From Promethearchaeota archaeon (GTDB lineage Archaea; Asgardarchaeota; Lokiarchaeia; Sigyniarchaeales; SOKP01): a DNA stretch of 64,000 nt. Below are positions 39,156 through 49,965 of the stretch, in pieces (the first letter of the stretch is position 1; each line of letters begins with the position of its first letter). The stretch spans positions 224,001 to 288,000 of the forward strand of contig JAHPZA010000010.1 of NCBI GenBank assembly GCA_019058445.1, in the 5' to 3' direction. The translations under genes were made by a program, and so were the position numbers. The notes beneath the pieces were generated by a model that saw nothing but the letters and a program-made list of their open reading frames with translations, had not been told where the DNA came from and made no database searches.

Positions 39156-41702
39156 TTGAGTTTTATAAACATAAGAAAAAATATTATTTTCCTACTGTTT
39201 GTAATTTTCTTTAGTTTCCTATACTTTATATTTTTCTTATACGTCTACTTAATACCAAATAAAATAAGTCTCTCTATTGTTATAATTATTGGATATTTCA
39301 TAGTTATTTTTGCTCTTTTTTTATTTATTAATTTAAACCATGATAAGGATAAAATTACTTTATTTTCTTATAGATTTTTATCAGAAAATTCGATAAAGTT
39401 AATTTTAATTATTGCTATGTGCGTAAGTTGGTTTATTGCACCTGTTTCAAACCCTAGAGTTATTATTAATTGGGATAGAATAGGTTATTTGAATTATATT
39501 AGAGCGATTGTTTTTATTATTGGAACTATATTTATACCAGGAGCAGCTATTTATAATATTCTTTTTCCTAAAAATGATTTACATGAAAATTTTAAAGTAG
39601 AATCCTATCTCCTTAAAATTGCATTATATCCTCTCATATCTTTATCTTTTATTGGTCTCTCAGTTTTAGTAATGGATCAAGTAAGATTCGAGAGAGAAAC
39701 AATTGGGATAACCTTATTTTTCCTAATTTTAATACTATATGTTCTTGAGGTTATTTTTAAAAAAAAAAGAAAAGAAAAAATAGAATTTGAATTTAAGACA
39801 TTAAAAATTTCCAATTATTCATTTATTATTCTATTGATGGCTTTAGGAATAGCTTTAATTGCGTTAGGAATTCACTTTGCTATGCTTTATCTTATACCTG
39901 GAGATAGTTGGATAGGATTGGCACAGACCAATTATATCGCAAAATCTGATAATTCTCCAATAGAATGGGGGAGAAAATGGTCTTATTATCCGATATTTTG
40001 GTCCTATATTTCCTTTGGATTATCTTTATTATGTGGGCTTCCATATTTTAATACAAATGCCTTATTAGCTCTCTTATGTTATATCTTTCCAATATCAATA
40101 TATTTGCTAATAAAAGCTATTTTAACTAATTTAAAAGAGATCTATGCTTGTTTTTCAACCATTTTGGTTATTATCTTCTCTGGTTTATTTTACATATCTA
40201 CAGATTATGGACATGGAAAAGCACCAAGTTTTATTGTTGATTGTGAATCTTTATTCTCTTACAAAACTATGTCGTATTTATGTCTTTTTATTGCTATTGC
40301 AATTTTCTTCAGTAGTCTAAAAACCACTAAAGATATTGAAATAAGTAGCAGAATTATTCATTTACTCAATGAATCTAATTTCCAAATTTTAATTGCACTC
40401 TTTTTATTAATCAGCTATATTCTCTATATGATTCCTTTATTAGCGGGATTTATCATAATTTTTATTTATTGTACAATCTCAGAAAAAAGAATTCACAATT
40501 TTAAATTATTTTCAATTATGATATTTTATTTTAATATATTTTTTATGGGATTGGATATTCTGATGGAATTTTACTTAAGTGATTCAGCATATTTTGCAAT
40601 TGGATGGTTCTTTGAAACACTATTTATATTTAAATTCACACAATATATCCCAGCATATATTTTAGCATATTCGGTTCTGTGGCTTTTTTTCATAATCTTA
40701 AATTTAATCCAATTTAGGTTTGCTAAATCTTTAATTAAAAGATATTATAAACTTTTTAATAATTTTGATTTTACTTTTGTTTTTAAAATATTTTTAATAA
40801 TTTTTACTTTGTTTTTAGTAACAGAGCTTATTATAATTAATTTAGAAGAATTTTTTCTTAAAACCAGATTTGATAATAAGTTAATATTTTTTTACTATTT
40901 AGATAAAATTTTTTTAAATATCGGATTTATTGGAATTACAGGTGTATATTTATCCTATTATTGCTATAAGAAAAAGAAAACCATATTCTTCTTTTTAGTT
41001 TCATGGATTATTGTTATCTTTTTAATTGGTTCTCTGCTCATATTTATTAATTCAATTATGAGTTTCTCTTTTTCAATTAGATATATTAAGAGTGAAAACT
41101 TTAAATCTATGGATTATTGGTATAATCGAACATGGATATATGCAGTTATCCCCCTATGTATATTATCTTCTATAGGATTGATAAAAATAGCAAAGATAAT
41201 GAGGAATCATCCAAAATTCAAAAAAATTCTTTCTAATCCTAATAAAAGGAATATTTTAAAATTCTCATCATTATCTTTAATAATCATTTTAACATATTCA
41301 AATCTAATTATGGCTGGAATGTGGAATGGAAATGAAAATAATCGCCCAACAGATGAGGAAATTGAATTATTTAGTTGGATGTCTGAAAATATTTCTCCTG
41401 ATTCTAATTTCCTAATAGATAACGAATATATTATCCGTGTAGGTATTTTTTCAATGGTGAATGGGCGGTACTTTTTCATTAATGATTATTTTGAGTCTGA
41501 TTATAACCAAACTGAGAATATTGAACAAATTAAGGATTTAAAAGGAGATGATATTGAATATCTTTTAATACATGAAGATTATCTTTTTGGATCTTCTAAC
41601 CGATCAAGATTTATAAGAAATTATTTAATACCTTATTTTTATAATGAAACAGAACACGAGACAAATCATTATAGATTATATTATGCTCCCTATTTTGATT
41701 AA
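39156..41702 (+). CDS. Large polytopic membrane protein, putative GT-C glycosyltransferase
   Basis: Many TM segments. PGDSW..YYPIFW loop, WYNR and a soluble C-terminal domain (FSWMSEN..IEYLLI). Confidence 0.55.
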   Translation: MSFINIRKNIIFLLFVIFFSFLYFIFFLYVYLIPNKISLSIVIIIGYFIVIFALFLFINLNHDKDKITLFSYRFLSENSIKLILIIAMCVSWFIAPVSNPRVIINWDRIGYLNYIRAIVFIIGTIFIPGAAIYNILFPKNDLHENFKVESYLLKIALYPLISLSFIGLSVLVMDQVRFERETIGITLFFLILILYVLEVIFKKKRKEKIEFEFKTLKISNYSFIILLMALGIALIALGIHFAMLYLIPGDSWIGLAQTNYIAKSDNSPIEWGRKWSYYPIFWSYISFGLSLLCGLPYFNTNALLALLCYIFPISIYLLIKAILTNLKEIYACFSTILVIIFSGLFYISTDYGHGKAPSFIVDCESLFSYKTMSYLCLFIAIAIFFSSLKTTKDIEISSRIIHLLNESNFQILIALFLLISYILYMIPLLAGFIIIFIYCTISEKRIHNFKLFSIMIFYFNIFFMGLDILMEFYLSDSAYFAIGWFFETLFIFKFTQYIPAYILAYSVLWLFFIILNLIQFRFAKSLIKRYYKLFNNFDFTFVFKIFLIIFTLFLVTELIIINLEEFFLKTRFDNKLIFFYYLDKIFLNIGFIGITGVYLSYYCYKKKKTIFFFLVSWIIVIFLIGSLLIFINSIMSFSFSIRYIKSENFKSMDYWYNRTWIYAVIPLCILSSIGLIKIAKIMRNHPKFKKILSNPNKRNILKFSSLSLIIILTYSNLIMAGMWNGNENNRPTDEEIELFSWMSENISPDSNFLIDNEYIIRVGIFSMVNGRYFFINDYFESDYNQTENIEQIKDLKGDDIEYLLIHEDYLFGSSNRSRFIRNYLIPYFYNETEHETNHYRLYYAPYFD

Positions 41703-41926
41703 TCTCGAAGATAAGTGAAATTTAAATTTTTTAATTCTCTACTATTTAATACTTTAATATTTATTAGTAAGCTTTTACCTTTTTAGTTAAAGAAACGCAT
41801 ATATTTTTTAAAGACATTATATTAAAAAAAAAATTTAATTTTATGAGTAATTTTAATATATTAAAAACCAAACTTCTAAATACAAATTAGGGTAAGCATT
41901 TGTCGCATCATGTTTCTTATAATAAA

Positions 41927-42724
41927 ATGGACAAACATCTAGAACGGATTAATAAAGAAAAGGATAGTTATTTTTTATCAATCATTCTTCCGGTCTATAA
42001 TGAAGATAAGACAATTTGCTCAATTTTAAACAGTCTTCCTAATAAAGATTATATCGAAATTATTGCTATTGATGATAAATCTAACGATGATAGTATATGT
42101 GAGATTCAGAAAGCTCAAGAAAATCGTAATATAAAATTGTACAAGCATAGTAAAAATCAGGGCTATGGAAAGGCTATTTTAACAGGAATTAAAAACTCCA
42201 AGGGAAAAATTATAGTAACTATGGATGCGGATGGACAACATTCTCCTGAAGATATCTATACTTTAATTAAACCAATTTTAGATGGTGAAGCAGATTATAC
42301 TATTGGTTCAAGATATCTTGGCACTTATCATTATAAATTACCCCTCTCGACAAGATTAGGAGAATTATTTGTCGAAAAGCTCATCCAGGTTTTTTTTAGA
42401 CAAAGAATCGCAAGTAATCAAGGAGGTTTTCGAGCTATCGATCGAAAAATTATTAAAATTTTCGATAATATCCAATATCTAAATTATGCCTTTACAACTG
42501 AACTAATTATTCGAACAATTTTGTATGGATATAAAATAAAAGAATGTCCCATAAAATTAATGGATCGTGCTCATGGTAAATCAAGGATTATATTAAATAA
42601 ATTGGCTTTAAATCTATTTTCTCTTATATTGAGATATATTTTAATAAAAATAAAAATGAAAACTTCTAGAATAAATGAGATTTCTTTTAAAAAAGAGCCT
42701 CTAATTTTTAAGGAAATAGTTTAG
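41927..42724 (+). CDS. GT2 dolichol/polyprenol-phosphate glycosyltransferase (DPM1-like)
   Basis: PVYNE, DDKSND, NQGYG, MDADGQH, GSRY and GGFRA motifs. ATG at 41927 (TTG at 41900 is the alternative). Confidence 0.88.
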   Translation: MDKHLERINKEKDSYFLSIILPVYNEDKTICSILNSLPNKDYIEIIAIDDKSNDDSICEIQKAQENRNIKLYKHSKNQGYGKAILTGIKNSKGKIIVTMDADGQHSPEDIYTLIKPILDGEADYTIGSRYLGTYHYKLPLSTRLGELFVEKLIQVFFRQRIASNQGGFRAIDRKIIKIFDNIQYLNYAFTTELIIRTILYGYKIKECPIKLMDRAHGKSRIILNKLALNLFSLILRYILIKIKMKTSRINEISFKKEPLIFKEIV

Positions 42725-42748
42725 TTTTTTTTAAATCCTATTTTTAAG

Positions 42749-43264
42749 TTAGAAGTCATAATTCTTTAGATTTCTTATATCTCCAATAATTTTACTAGGA
42801 TTTCCTGTAACAATGCTATAATCTGGAATGTCTTTGACTACAACAGTACCAGCTCCTATTAATGCATATTTTCCAATATGAATCTCTGGTAGTATTGTAG
42901 AGTTTGCACCTATCTTTGCAAATTCTCCAATAGTAGGGCCAATCAGATTTTCTTTCACAGTTTTGGATTTTGGATATTTAGCATTGGTAAGAACAACATT
43001 TGGTCCAATCCAGCAATCATGTTTAAGAATAGAATATTCCGGGATAAAACAGTTAGAATGTATACGAACATTATCTTCAATTATTATATGATGTTCTATA
43101 TTAGAATGAGAACCAATACTCACATTATTACCAATCTTATTTTTTTCTCGAATAGTTACAAAATGACCCGTTTGAAAATTATCTCCAATTTCATTATCCG
43201 GATAAATTACTGTCGGTTCTCTAATAGTTGAATTTTTACCAATTTTATATTTTTTTTCTACCAA
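42749..43264 (-). CDS. Hexapeptide-repeat N-acetyltransferase (WbpD/WlbB-like)
   Basis: Left-handed beta-helix repeats, WIGPNVVLTN, IGANSTILP and GNPSK. Confidence 0.88.
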   Translation of the reverse strand: MVEKKYKIGKNSTIREPTVIYPDNEIGDNFQTGHFVTIREKNKIGNNVSIGSHSNIEHHIIIEDNVRIHSNCFIPEYSILKHDCWIGPNVVLTNAKYPKSKTVKENLIGPTIGEFAKIGANSTILPEIHIGKYALIGAGTVVVKDIPDYSIVTGNPSKIIGDIRNLKNYDF

Positions 43265-43285
43265 TTGCTTTTATCTCCATAGATA

Positions 43286-44293
43286 TTAAAAATAGATTCT
43301 TTTATTTTCTTTAATTGAATTAAATACCGCTTCGCATATTTTTATCGCTTTATATCCAACAATTCCATCTGTTTCTGGAATAGCTCGATTTTTTACACAA
43401 TGTATAAAATGTAGAATTTCTTCTCTCAATGGTTCCTTGTATTCGATTACTATTTTATTAACGGCGTTCTCCTCTATCTCTAATAATGTTTTATTTTCGA
43501 TATTTTGTTTTTTAATTTTTGTATCATAAATTACATATTCATTTGGTAATAAATAGTCAATAATTGCGCTCTTCTCCGAACCAATTATCACTAATTCTCT
43601 TTTTCTTCCATACACAGGGATATTCCAACTTTCCATCATATATGATTTTGCTCCGTTTGGAAACTCCATTGATATATTTACCATTTCTTCTACATCATCT
43701 TGATGAAATCGAGCACTATCTGCAATTAACGATATTGGATATTCTGTATTTAATAGGTAGCAAGATAAATCAAGTTCATGAACAGCTAAAGCATAAACAA
43801 CACCCATGTCTTTTCTAGGTACACCTAGCGCAAACCGATAGGTGACAATCATGTTTATTTTTCCAAATTCACCTAAATCAATACGATTTTTTAAATCTTT
43901 TACAGCAGGATGATAACGAAAAAGGTGGCCAACCATTAAAATAGTATTTTTTTTATTCGCAATTTCAACTAAATCTTTTGCCCCCTCAGAGTTTAAGGTC
44001 ATTGGTTTCTCGATAAAAACATCTTTTCCATTTTCTAAAAACTTTTTTGCGATTTTATAGTGAGTCGAAGAAGGAGTTGCAATTACAATAGCAGATATGT
44101 TGCTATCGCTCAGAATTTCTTCGATATTTGAAGTATATTCCAGATCATAATCTCCTGCTATTTGCTTGGCCCTTCCTTCATTAATATCACATAATTTCAA
44201 ATAATCTATTTCTTTTTCAATTAAAAGCGCCTTATAATTACGAACATGATTTTTGCCCCAATAACCAGTACCTATAATTGCTATACCTACTAT
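43286..44293 (-). CDS. Gfo/Idh/MocA oxidoreductase (WbpB-like), probable ATA start at 44293
   Basis: The Rossmann motif IAIIGTGYWGKNH lies upstream of the track's TTG (44200). EKPM, VGHLFRYHP and AVHELD motifs. Confidence 0.88.
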   Translation of the reverse strand: MVGIAIIGTGYWGKNHVRNYKALLIEKEIDYLKLCDINEGRAKQIAGDYDLEYTSNIEEILSDSNISAIVIATPSSTHYKIAKKFLENGKDVFIEKPMTLNSEGAKDLVEIANKKNTILMVGHLFRYHPAVKDLKNRIDLGEFGKINMIVTYRFALGVPRKDMGVVYALAVHELDLSCYLLNTEYPISLIADSARFHQDDVEEMVNISMEFPNGAKSYMMESWNIPVYGRKRELVIIGSEKSAIIDYLLPNEYVIYDTKIKKQNIENKTLLEIEENAVNKIVIEYKEPLREEILHFIHCVKNRAIPETDGIVGYKAIKICEAVFNSIKENKRIYF

Positions 44294-45390
44294 GATGATC
44301 TCCTCATGAAATTATTTATTTCTAATTTAATACGCGCTAGTTCCTCATCGTTCAAAAGGGGTGAGAGGGGTAAGGAGACTATTTTTTTAACTATTTCCTC
44401 AGTTACGGGTAATTTAGGTTGTTTCCCATATAAATCTTCAATAATAGGTTGTTTATGAACTGGAATAGGATAATAAAGACCTGTTGCAATTTTCCTCTCC
44501 TTGAAAAACTTAATAAATTCATCTCGATCTTCTAATTGAATCGTATAGACATAATAAGAACATTTGGCCCAATCTCTTTCGACAGGTAGCTTCACGTTTG
44601 AATACTGCCTTAAAAAATCATTATAAACCTGGACAATAATTCTTCTTCTTTCAATCCATTCAGATAAATGTTTTAATTGTAATTTACCTATGACTGCTTG
44701 AATTTCATTTAAACGAAAATTCAATCCTAAATTGGCATTCTCATATTTTGAAGATCGCCCATGATCTCTACGCAATTTCAAAATTTCACCGTATTTGTCA
44801 TTATTAGTTACTATCATACCTCCATCACCTCCTACTGTCATAGACTTTGATGGAAAGAAGCTAAATACACCGAGATCTCCAAGAGCTCCAACTTTTTTAT
44901 TTTTATATTCTGAGCCATGAGCTTGACAAGCATCTTCAATTACTTTGATATTTTTCTCCTTAGCAATCTCGAGTATCGGGTCCATATCGACGGGATTGCC
45001 ATACAGATGCACTGGAGTTATAACTTTGGTTTTAGATGTTATTTTTTCTTTAACATCCTCAACGTCCATGCAATACGTATCTGGATCAACATCAACAAAT
45101 ACAGGTTTTGCTTTAAAAAATGCGAGAGGTGAAGCTGTTGCGATAAAGGTATGAGAGGGTAAAATTACCTCATCACCCGGTTTTAAATTCATTTCATAAT
45201 AAGATAAGAATAAAGCAGCTGTACCTGAACTAACCCCTATAGCGTATTTTACTCCTAAATATTCTTTAAAATCATTTTCAAAAGCTTTAAGATTAGGGCC
45301 ATTTATATAATACCCCGTGTCAAGTACTTTAATGACTTCATTTCTAATTACATCATCCATGTACATTTTAACTAGCTTAATTTCTTCCAT
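44290..45390 (-). CDS. DegT/DnrJ/EryC1/StrS aminotransferase (WbpE-like)
   Basis: SSGTAAL, PVHLYG, EDACQAHG and FSFFPSK (PLP lysine) motifs. Confidence 0.94.
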   Translation of the reverse strand: MEEIKLVKMYMDDVIRNEVIKVLDTGYYINGPNLKAFENDFKEYLGVKYAIGVSSGTAALFLSYYEMNLKPGDEVILPSHTFIATASPLAFFKAKPVFVDVDPDTYCMDVEDVKEKITSKTKVITPVHLYGNPVDMDPILEIAKEKNIKVIEDACQAHGSEYKNKKVGALGDLGVFSFFPSKSMTVGGDGGMIVTNNDKYGEILKLRRDHGRSSKYENANLGLNFRLNEIQAVIGKLQLKHLSEWIERRRIIVQVYNDFLRQYSNVKLPVERDWAKCSYYVYTIQLEDRDEFIKFFKERKIATGLYYPIPVHKQPIIEDLYGKQPKLPVTEEIVKKIVSLPLSPLLNDEELARIKLEINNFMRRSS

Positions 45391-45596
45391 CTGTTAATGA
45401 CCATAAGTTTATAATTAGAGTAATTTGTAGATATATTCTCTAATATTTTAAGATATTTGAATTGTTTTAATGGGATTTATTAGTGTCCATCTTTACTTAG
45501 AAAAGAATGAGACCTAGAATTACTTTGGCTTACCCACCATTCTAAAATTAAAAAAAAGTAGTTAAAATTAATTATTAGCCTATTTTCACATTTTCT

Positions 45597-46754
45597 TTAT
45601 AAATTTGATTTTAAAAAACTATAGATTTTATTTGTAATTACATTAATATCATAAATATTTAAAATTTCATTCTTTGCATTCTCGATGAGATTTTTAATGA
45701 TTTTTGGATTATTTTTATAAAAAACTAATTGATCTAATAACTTATCTTTCTTAAATGGATTAAATAATAGTCCATTTATTTGGTTTTTAATTAAATCTTT
45801 ATTGCCAATCGCATCTGATGCAATTACTAGTGTATTTGAACTCATTGCTTCTAAATTTGCATTTGAAATACCTTGAGCAAGAGCGGGATCTATTAAAACA
45901 TCAATATTTGAATATATCTCTCTTTTATCTTTCTTATAACCACAGAGAATAATATTTTGATTTAAATTATGATCTTCAGTGAATTTCGAAATCCATTTAC
46001 TCTCTGGACCTTTCCCATATATATATAATTTATCTAAAGGATATAAGGATAAATAATCTTTAAATGCATATAATAAAATTCTTATATTTTTAATTTGAAC
46101 TAATCTTCCAACATACCCAAAATGGGAAATTTCGCGATTTTTTTTACTTAAATTATCAAAAATTCTAATATTAATACCATTAGGAATTTCTAAGATTCTT
46201 TCTTTTGGATACTTTAATTTTATCAAATCATGGAAAATTGTGTTATTTATTACTCTTATGAAATTAATTTTTCTAATTATGAATTTTTTAAAGAATTTAT
46301 ACCACGTATAATTGAGAATTCGAGTTCGAAGTTTATTTTCTTTCAGCATGGCAGTATCATTAATAAAACTAGTGAAATCTAAGGGGATCTTCATTAATAT
46401 TGGAATTTTTTTTACAATTCGAACCAAGATAATCAAAGAATAAAAATAGGTTGAATTATGAATATTAATTAGGTTAATTGGAGTTCTTTTATGAATTTTT
46501 ATGATTTTAATGGGCGATTTTAAAAGAAAATAAAGAAGATCAAGAAGAAAATTATTAAATTTGTGAATCCTGTATATTTTAATTCTATTCGATGTCGGAG
46601 TATATTCTGAATATCTTGTTATTAATGAAATATTTATATTTTTAATTTTTTCAAATGATTGAAGTAAAAGCAATATTTGATTACTAATTCCACCGACATT
46701 AAGGTTTAATTGTTTGTTGGCATGTGTATTTCCTATTATTATACATAAATGCAT
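45597..46754 (-). CDS. GT4 glycosyltransferase
   Basis: IPNGI, YVGRL..KN and QGISNANLEAMS motifs. ATG at 46754 (MHLCIII). Confidence 0.88.
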   Translation of the reverse strand: MHLCIIIGNTHANKQLNLNVGGISNQILLLLQSFEKIKNINISLITRYSEYTPTSNRIKIYRIHKFNNFLLDLLYFLLKSPIKIIKIHKRTPINLINIHNSTYFYSLIILVRIVKKIPILMKIPLDFTSFINDTAMLKENKLRTRILNYTWYKFFKKFIIRKINFIRVINNTIFHDLIKLKYPKERILEIPNGINIRIFDNLSKKNREISHFGYVGRLVQIKNIRILLYAFKDYLSLYPLDKLYIYGKGPESKWISKFTEDHNLNQNIILCGYKKDKREIYSNIDVLIDPALAQGISNANLEAMSSNTLVIASDAIGNKDLIKNQINGLLFNPFKKDKLLDQLVFYKNNPKIIKNLIENAKNEILNIYDINVITNKIYSFLKSNL

Positions 46755-46810
46755 ATATAACACTATAATAGTGAAATTGAGTAACTTAATTAAATACTAT
46801 TGGAGAATTT

Positions 46811-48418
46811 TTATTTTTTTCTAATTCTAATAATTTTTTTTTCAGTAATTGAAATCATTAATACAATTTTATTGATTAGTGGAAATTTTTCAAATGTATT
46901 TTCGAAGAAATTTAATTCGTCTACTGTAATTTGAGAGAAAAAACCAATAAGGAATAAAAATACGATTATATAAAACGAGAATGCTATTGTCAATTTCAGC
47001 AATGTAAAAAGAATGATATCTTCATATATGTAAATTCCAAGGATATTGAATATTAAATAAGTTAGAAATCCACAAACGATTGAAATTAAAAATATAATGA
47101 TAATATTATATAAATTAGAATATAATTTTTTTCCATATTTCTTTAACATCAATAAATTTCCAAAAAATACGCTGATAACCGTTCCAATTACGATTCCAAA
47201 AATTACACCTATTCCCCCATAAAAATTAATTAATATCAATGCTAAAACTAAACTTGCCAAAAAATTTAGCAATTCTAAAAGAAATACATAATTAGTTTTT
47301 TTTTGCCCATTCAAAAATGCAGGAATAGATAAATATCCGAAAGAACATAGTAAGAATATGATTAAATAAGTTGAGATAAAGGGAGATGCTTCTCTGTATT
47401 TCTCTCCAAAAATCAATGGAAAAGTATTGCCAGAAAATAAGACTAATAAAATGGTTACAGGCAAAATTAATAAAGAACAAAATTTTAAAGAAAATTGGAA
47501 AGTTTTAATTAATTTTTCTCTTTCATCTATATTATCCCAATCTTTTTTTGAAAAAATAGGAAAAAGTGTATATTTAATAGATTTTGTTAATATTCCCATA
47601 ACTGAAGCACTTACTATAGCAACATTAAAATAACTTACTTCTGTTAAAAAACCATAAATTGTTAAGATTAATATGAAGCATTGAACGTGAATGCTAATAA
47701 TTATTGAATATAAAAAAAGAGGATACCCATATCTCACCATTTCCGATAATTTTTTCCAATCTATTGATTCATTTTCAATATTTCCCTTAAAGAAGAGCTT
47801 TTTTAACAAAAACAAATAAATGATAACCACAATTAATGGCGCGAGAACGAAACCAATCATCGGACCAACTAATGTAAACCCAATTAGTATTAAAGTAAGG
47901 GTTAATACAGTTCTTAATGATGTTTGGAGGATTGTACCTATTTGAACCATTTTTGTATTTAAAGCACCCAAGAAAAAGGAATTTATTGTGTCATATAAGA
48001 TATTGGCTATAATTCCAATTGAAGATAGTTGAATTAGTAAAACCATTCGTGCATCGTTAATATTATAAATGTTTTTAGCAATATAATTTGAAAAAATAAT
48101 AATAAGTAATGTAAAGATTATGCTAATAGTGATTTTAATAATCAAGTTAATTTTTATGATATTTCTAACATCTTCATATTTCTCTTCCTTAATTTTTCTC
48201 GCGATGAAGTGAGTACTTGCATAATTTAAGCCTAATTCTGAAATTACAATCAAAATTGCCGGAATTATAAAAGCTATGGTGATGTAACTATATTCTTCAA
48301 CCGAAATTAGTCTAATCATCAATATTGTCCCTATTGATGATATTGCAGAGGACATTAAATACCCCATCATTAGAATGTAGGAATTTTGTACAAATCTATC
48401 TCTTTCTTGTTGTTCCAT
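46811..48418 (-). CDS. Oligosaccharide flippase (MOP/Wzx family)
   Basis: FVQNSYILM, RLISVEEY, ELGL and LFPIFS motifs, about 14 TM segments. Likely start MEQQERD. Confidence 0.85.
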   Translation of the reverse strand: MEQQERDRFVQNSYILMMGYLMSSAISSIGTILMIRLISVEEYSYITIAFIIPAILIVISELGLNYASTHFIARKIKEEKYEDVRNIIKINLIIKITISIIFTLLIIIFSNYIAKNIYNINDARMVLLIQLSSIGIIANILYDTINSFFLGALNTKMVQIGTILQTSLRTVLTLTLILIGFTLVGPMIGFVLAPLIVVIIYLFLLKKLFFKGNIENESIDWKKLSEMVRYGYPLFLYSIIISIHVQCFILILTIYGFLTEVSYFNVAIVSASVMGILTKSIKYTLFPIFSKKDWDNIDEREKLIKTFQFSLKFCSLLILPVTILLVLFSGNTFPLIFGEKYREASPFISTYLIIFLLCSFGYLSIPAFLNGQKKTNYVFLLELLNFLASLVLALILINFYGGIGVIFGIVIGTVISVFFGNLLMLKKYGKKLYSNLYNIIIIFLISIVCGFLTYLIFNILGIYIYEDIILFTLLKLTIAFSFYIIVFLFLIGFFSQITVDELNFFENTFEKFPLINKIVLMISITEKKIIRIRKK

Positions 48419-48589
48419 TTTAATATCAAAGTCTTTTCTAACTTTAAAACTTAAGTATTTATAAAAAATGAGACAATGCATTAAATTTTCCATAATTTTG
48501 TAGAAGAAAATTGAAAAGAATACTAAAAATAGGCTTTCTTTTTTACTTTAATTTTTTAAGTTGTTAATTTTAAAAGAGTTAAGTATTTT

Positions 48590-49786
48590 TTAGATATTAT
48601 TTATCAATTGAACTAAATCTCTATTAAAGTCTTTCATAATTTTTTCCCACCTGAATTTTTGATTAATCTTTTCAATGCCATTTTTTCCTAATTTCGTTCT
48701 TAAGCTTTTATCTTCTATTAAAATAGACAAATATTCAAATATATCTCTTTTTTTAAAATTTTTTTTTAAAACTAAACCCACATCATTATCCTTTATTATA
48801 TCTGTTGAAATTGGCGCAGTAATAAAGGGTTTCATGCATGCCATATATTCTAAACATTTTACGGGAATCATATATCGCCAAATTGCATCATGTGTTATTC
48901 TACCAATACCTATATCACTATTATTAATAAAATAAGGGATTTCATAGTGAGGTTTTATCCCAAGTAAATGCACATTATTTGTTAGATTATTATTTTGTAT
49001 ATATTTTAACAGATTTTTTTCATATATTCCACTTCCAATAATTAAAAAATGAGTTTCTTTATAAGTTTTTAAAAGTTCTGGAAGAATTTTTACAATATAT
49101 TGTAAATCATAGTCCCTAGAAATTTGACCAACAAAACTAATAATGGTATCACATCCATACTTATCTTTTAATTCCTCCTGATTCTTAAAAGGAAAGAATT
49201 CATTTACATCAATTCCATTATATTGAATTTTAAAGTTGATATTTTTTAATTTCTTAAAATGTAAAAAATATTTTTTCATTTCAGATGTAGTAACATAAAA
49301 AATATCAGAATTAAAGATAGAGTGATAAATTTTAGTATAAATTAAAGAATGAAAAATCTTAAATGGAAGAGAGAAAGTATATGTTGGAAAAAATATATCA
49401 TGTGAACGTATTACATGGGGGATTTTAAATATTTTAGATGTATATCCTCCAACTACACTAGCATAATGATAGGCATGATATTGAGATAGGACCAAATCTG
49501 CCTTGAATTTTTGTTTTAATTTTAAAATGTATTTTAATAAATTGTCAAAATGAGAAAAAATTAAATTTAAGGGGACTTTAAAAAGATTACTTGAATAATT
49601 TATATGGACATAAGAATTGGGAGCCCATTTGAAATCATTAAAATCAGATGTTTTACTAAATACACTTGGACTTAATACTAAAATATGATGCCCGAATTTA
49701 GCTAGAAATTCTACAATTTTATACGAATTAAGCGCAGCCGCTCCAATACTAGGAGGAAAACCTTGCACAAAATATAAAATTTTCAT
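48590..49786 (-). CDS. GT4 glycosyltransferase
   Basis: MKILYF..FPP, NGID and PVKCLEYMAC motifs. Confidence 0.88.
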   Translation of the reverse strand: MKILYFVQGFPPSIGAAALNSYKIVEFLAKFGHHILVLSPSVFSKTSDFNDFKWAPNSYVHINYSSNLFKVPLNLIFSHFDNLLKYILKLKQKFKADLVLSQYHAYHYASVVGGYTSKIFKIPHVIRSHDIFFPTYTFSLPFKIFHSLIYTKIYHSIFNSDIFYVTTSEMKKYFLHFKKLKNINFKIQYNGIDVNEFFPFKNQEELKDKYGCDTIISFVGQISRDYDLQYIVKILPELLKTYKETHFLIIGSGIYEKNLLKYIQNNNLTNNVHLLGIKPHYEIPYFINNSDIGIGRITHDAIWRYMIPVKCLEYMACMKPFITAPISTDIIKDNDVGLVLKKNFKKRDIFEYLSILIEDKSLRTKLGKNGIEKINQKFRWEKIMKDFNRDLVQLINNI

Positions 49787-49965
49787 ATTTTAACTAATAA
49801 ATTATGATTTTATACTTATTTTATAAAAATCTTAAAATTAATAAAATATTATTATAATTTCAAACTTAGATTATAACAATCATTAATATTTTTGTAAAGA
49901 AATAATTTGAAACTATTATTTAATAACTTTTTATCATGTATAAATAATATTTTTGGTGGATCTTA

